Below, piece by piece: positions 62,563 to 64,000 of a stretch of 64,000 nucleotides of DNA. The notes beneath the pieces are model-generated. The model saw only the letters and a list, made by a program, of their open reading frames with translations, was not told where the DNA came from and did no database searches. A program made the position numbers and the translations under genes. The stretch is taken from NCBI GenBank assembly GCA_030018135.1, contig JASEGJ010000002.1:1230-65229 (forward strand), in the 5' to 3' direction. This stretch comes from Candidatus Hodarchaeaceae archaeon. Lineage in GTDB: Archaea > Hadarchaeota > Hadarchaeia > Hadarchaeales > Hadarchaeaceae. How positions within the stretch are numbered: the first letter of the stretch is position 1; each line of letters begins with the position of its first letter.

Positions 62563-63963
62563 TCAGCCAACGAGTTCGGCGAATACATGGTTCTCGAACT
62601 CTTCTAAAAATTTTTGTAATTTGCTTTCCTCAACTTGTGCGCCGCAAGCAACGGCGTGTCCGCCGCCCTCGCCCCCCACGGCTTTGGCTGCTTTACGGAT
62701 GGCTTGTGCCATGTCCAAACCCTTTAGAAATAAGAGCTTTGAACATCGCGCCGAAATCCTTGCCACGCCTTGGCTTCGAACGATGCCCAAAATCGGTTTA
62801 TACGGGTCACATGCGCGATGTCCAAGTGCCATACTAGCTACTGTTCCGATGAACGTATCCTTTAGTACGCCAGTAGCATCAAAGTACTGCAAATAGCCGC
62901 GGGGCGTTTTCATGAGCCCTTCTTGTTCGACGAATTCCATGCCTTCAGCTATGCATCGCCTATAATACCTGATTAGGTTTAGCATCGCTCTGTAGTAAAC
63001 CTTACGGTCTCCTCTGGCAACCTCAAAACCGATCAACGGTTGCTCATGGCGCGCAGTCGAGTTAATGCACGTTGCAAATTCATCAGCACCCCTGAGCATC
63101 GACCGCTCGTTTTCCTTTAAGAGGGTGTGGGCTTCTCCTATTATCAACCCTGGTACGTAAGCGACTAGCTCCTCCGGTACGTGCATGAAGGCCCTTGTGA
63201 TGAGTTCGGTCGCCAGCCGCCGTTTCTCCTCATCGGTAAGGTCAACGGGGCGCCTCCAACCATACTCGCCTTTGATTGGAATGTTCAGATCCTTGAGCAA
63301 CGTTATGCAGCCAGCAGCCGAGTTGCTTACGCCGGGTATAGGGGGATCGGTGAGGGTTTCAAGCGCCTTGAAAATCGGTCTAGTATGGCGGCCATAGAGT
63401 AACAGGTCAGTTTTGTGCATCAAAACTCCAGCTTTGACCCCATCTTGCGCAATCTGGCGGTTGTAGCCCTTTAACTTACCCCATGCATTTTGGATGTCAC
63501 CGATCGCCCCGACGATGGCAAGCGCAGAAAGATCAGTGTTAGCAGGATCTAGTTCGCAAGCGATCGTGTACGCTACGCCAGCCCCACTTATCTCCTGAAC
63601 GCCATCAAGGCCGCAGCTATGCGCGTTTATATGGATGAGTTCAGGCCAGTCATCCGCCTTTTCTGGCTCATGGTGATCAGCAACGATGACATCGTGCCCC
63701 CTGAACTTCTCTCCGACATTTCGTAATTGTGAACTACCGAGATCGGTAAATACGGTTAGATCAGCGGGGTCAAGTTGATCAGTAACGTCGCGGTATAGCA
63801 TGTGGACGAATTTTGTATGATGTTCGATATTCATACGTTTGAGTGCAGTTGAGATAATTGCGGCGGCACAAACGCCGTCCGCATCCATATGCGAAATTAC
63901 GGCCACGGAATCATTGCGGTGAGCGCGAATTAATCGAGCGGCATCCCTTGCTAAATTAAGCAT
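62563..63963 (-). CDS. DHH-family RecJ-like nuclease (GAN/Cdc45 homologue)
   Basis: DHH motifs (ISHMDADGV, VADHH) and a DHHA1-like C-terminus (GGGHAVACG). Confidence 0.85.
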   Translation of the reverse strand: MLNLARDAARLIRAHRNDSVAVISHMDADGVCAAAIISTALKRMNIEHHTKFVHMLYRDVTDQLDPADLTVFTDLGSSQLRNVGEKFRGHDVIVADHHEPEKADDWPELIHINAHSCGLDGVQEISGAGVAYTIACELDPANTDLSALAIVGAIGDIQNAWGKLKGYNRQIAQDGVKAGVLMHKTDLLLYGRHTRPIFKALETLTDPPIPGVSNSAAGCITLLKDLNIPIKGEYGWRRPVDLTDEEKRRLATELITRAFMHVPEELVAYVPGLIIGEAHTLLKENERSMLRGADEFATCINSTARHEQPLIGFEVARGDRKVYYRAMLNLIRYYRRCIAEGMEFVEQEGLMKTPRGYLQYFDATGVLKDTFIGTVASMALGHRACDPYKPILGIVRSQGVARISARCSKLLFLKGLDMAQAIRKAAKAVGGEGGGHAVACGAQVEESKLQKFLEEFENHVFAELVG

Positions 63964-64000
63964 CCACGACCCTCAATCGTAAACTTTTATGATGCTTGTC

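Noticed and set aside
1-64000. CRISPR arrays, rRNA genes, IS or transposase genes, inteins in mcm, polC or lig.
   Set aside because: I saw no regularly spaced direct repeats, no rRNA-like conserved stretches, no transposase-like ORFs, and no protein lengths or insertions suggestive of inteins.

Overview
Archaeal chromosomal segment. PolD (DP1 and DP2), MCM, GINS, Orc1/Cdc6, TFB, aIF2-beta, Cgi121, Gar1, S8e and Trm1 are all present, so it looks euryarchaeote-like, but I cannot fix the lineage from sequence alone. Most of the window is housekeeping: a replisome super-operon (MCM-GINS-Orc1/Cdc6-DP1-HAD-DP2, 10.8-20.5 kb), a thrB-ACT-hom-thrC-glyA operon, SMC-ScpA-ScpB, two tRNAs, translation and RNA-modification genes, fumarase, DNA ligase and RecJ/GAN. 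The parts worth a second look are these. (1) A classical ORB/AT-rich origin signature at 53.7-53.95 kb, far from cdc6, sits beside a PriS-like primase paralog that has lost its DxD and His catalytic residues plus an orphan 188-aa gene. (2) A ~40-bp promoter-embedded element occurs in three near-identical copies in front of the replisome operon, a LAGLIDADG-wHTH/GIY-YIG(DUF123) pair and the pseudo-primase. (3) A promoter-to-terminator bounded ~290-nt structured RNA (50177-50466) cannot be assigned to RNase P or SRP by eye. (4) An 813-aa HerA-like ATPase with a C-terminal repeat/wHTH extension has a membrane partner and a Cys-rich micro-ORF next to it. (5) The SMC is unusually short (773 aa) and has no recognisable hinge. 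(6) tRNA-Thr carries a putative D-arm intron and lies next to a tyrosine integrase. At least eight genes are broken at or near short homopolymer runs, which looks more like assembly error than real pseudogenisation. RNA and motif coordinates are hand-counted and may be off by 1-2 nt. No searches or computations were run.
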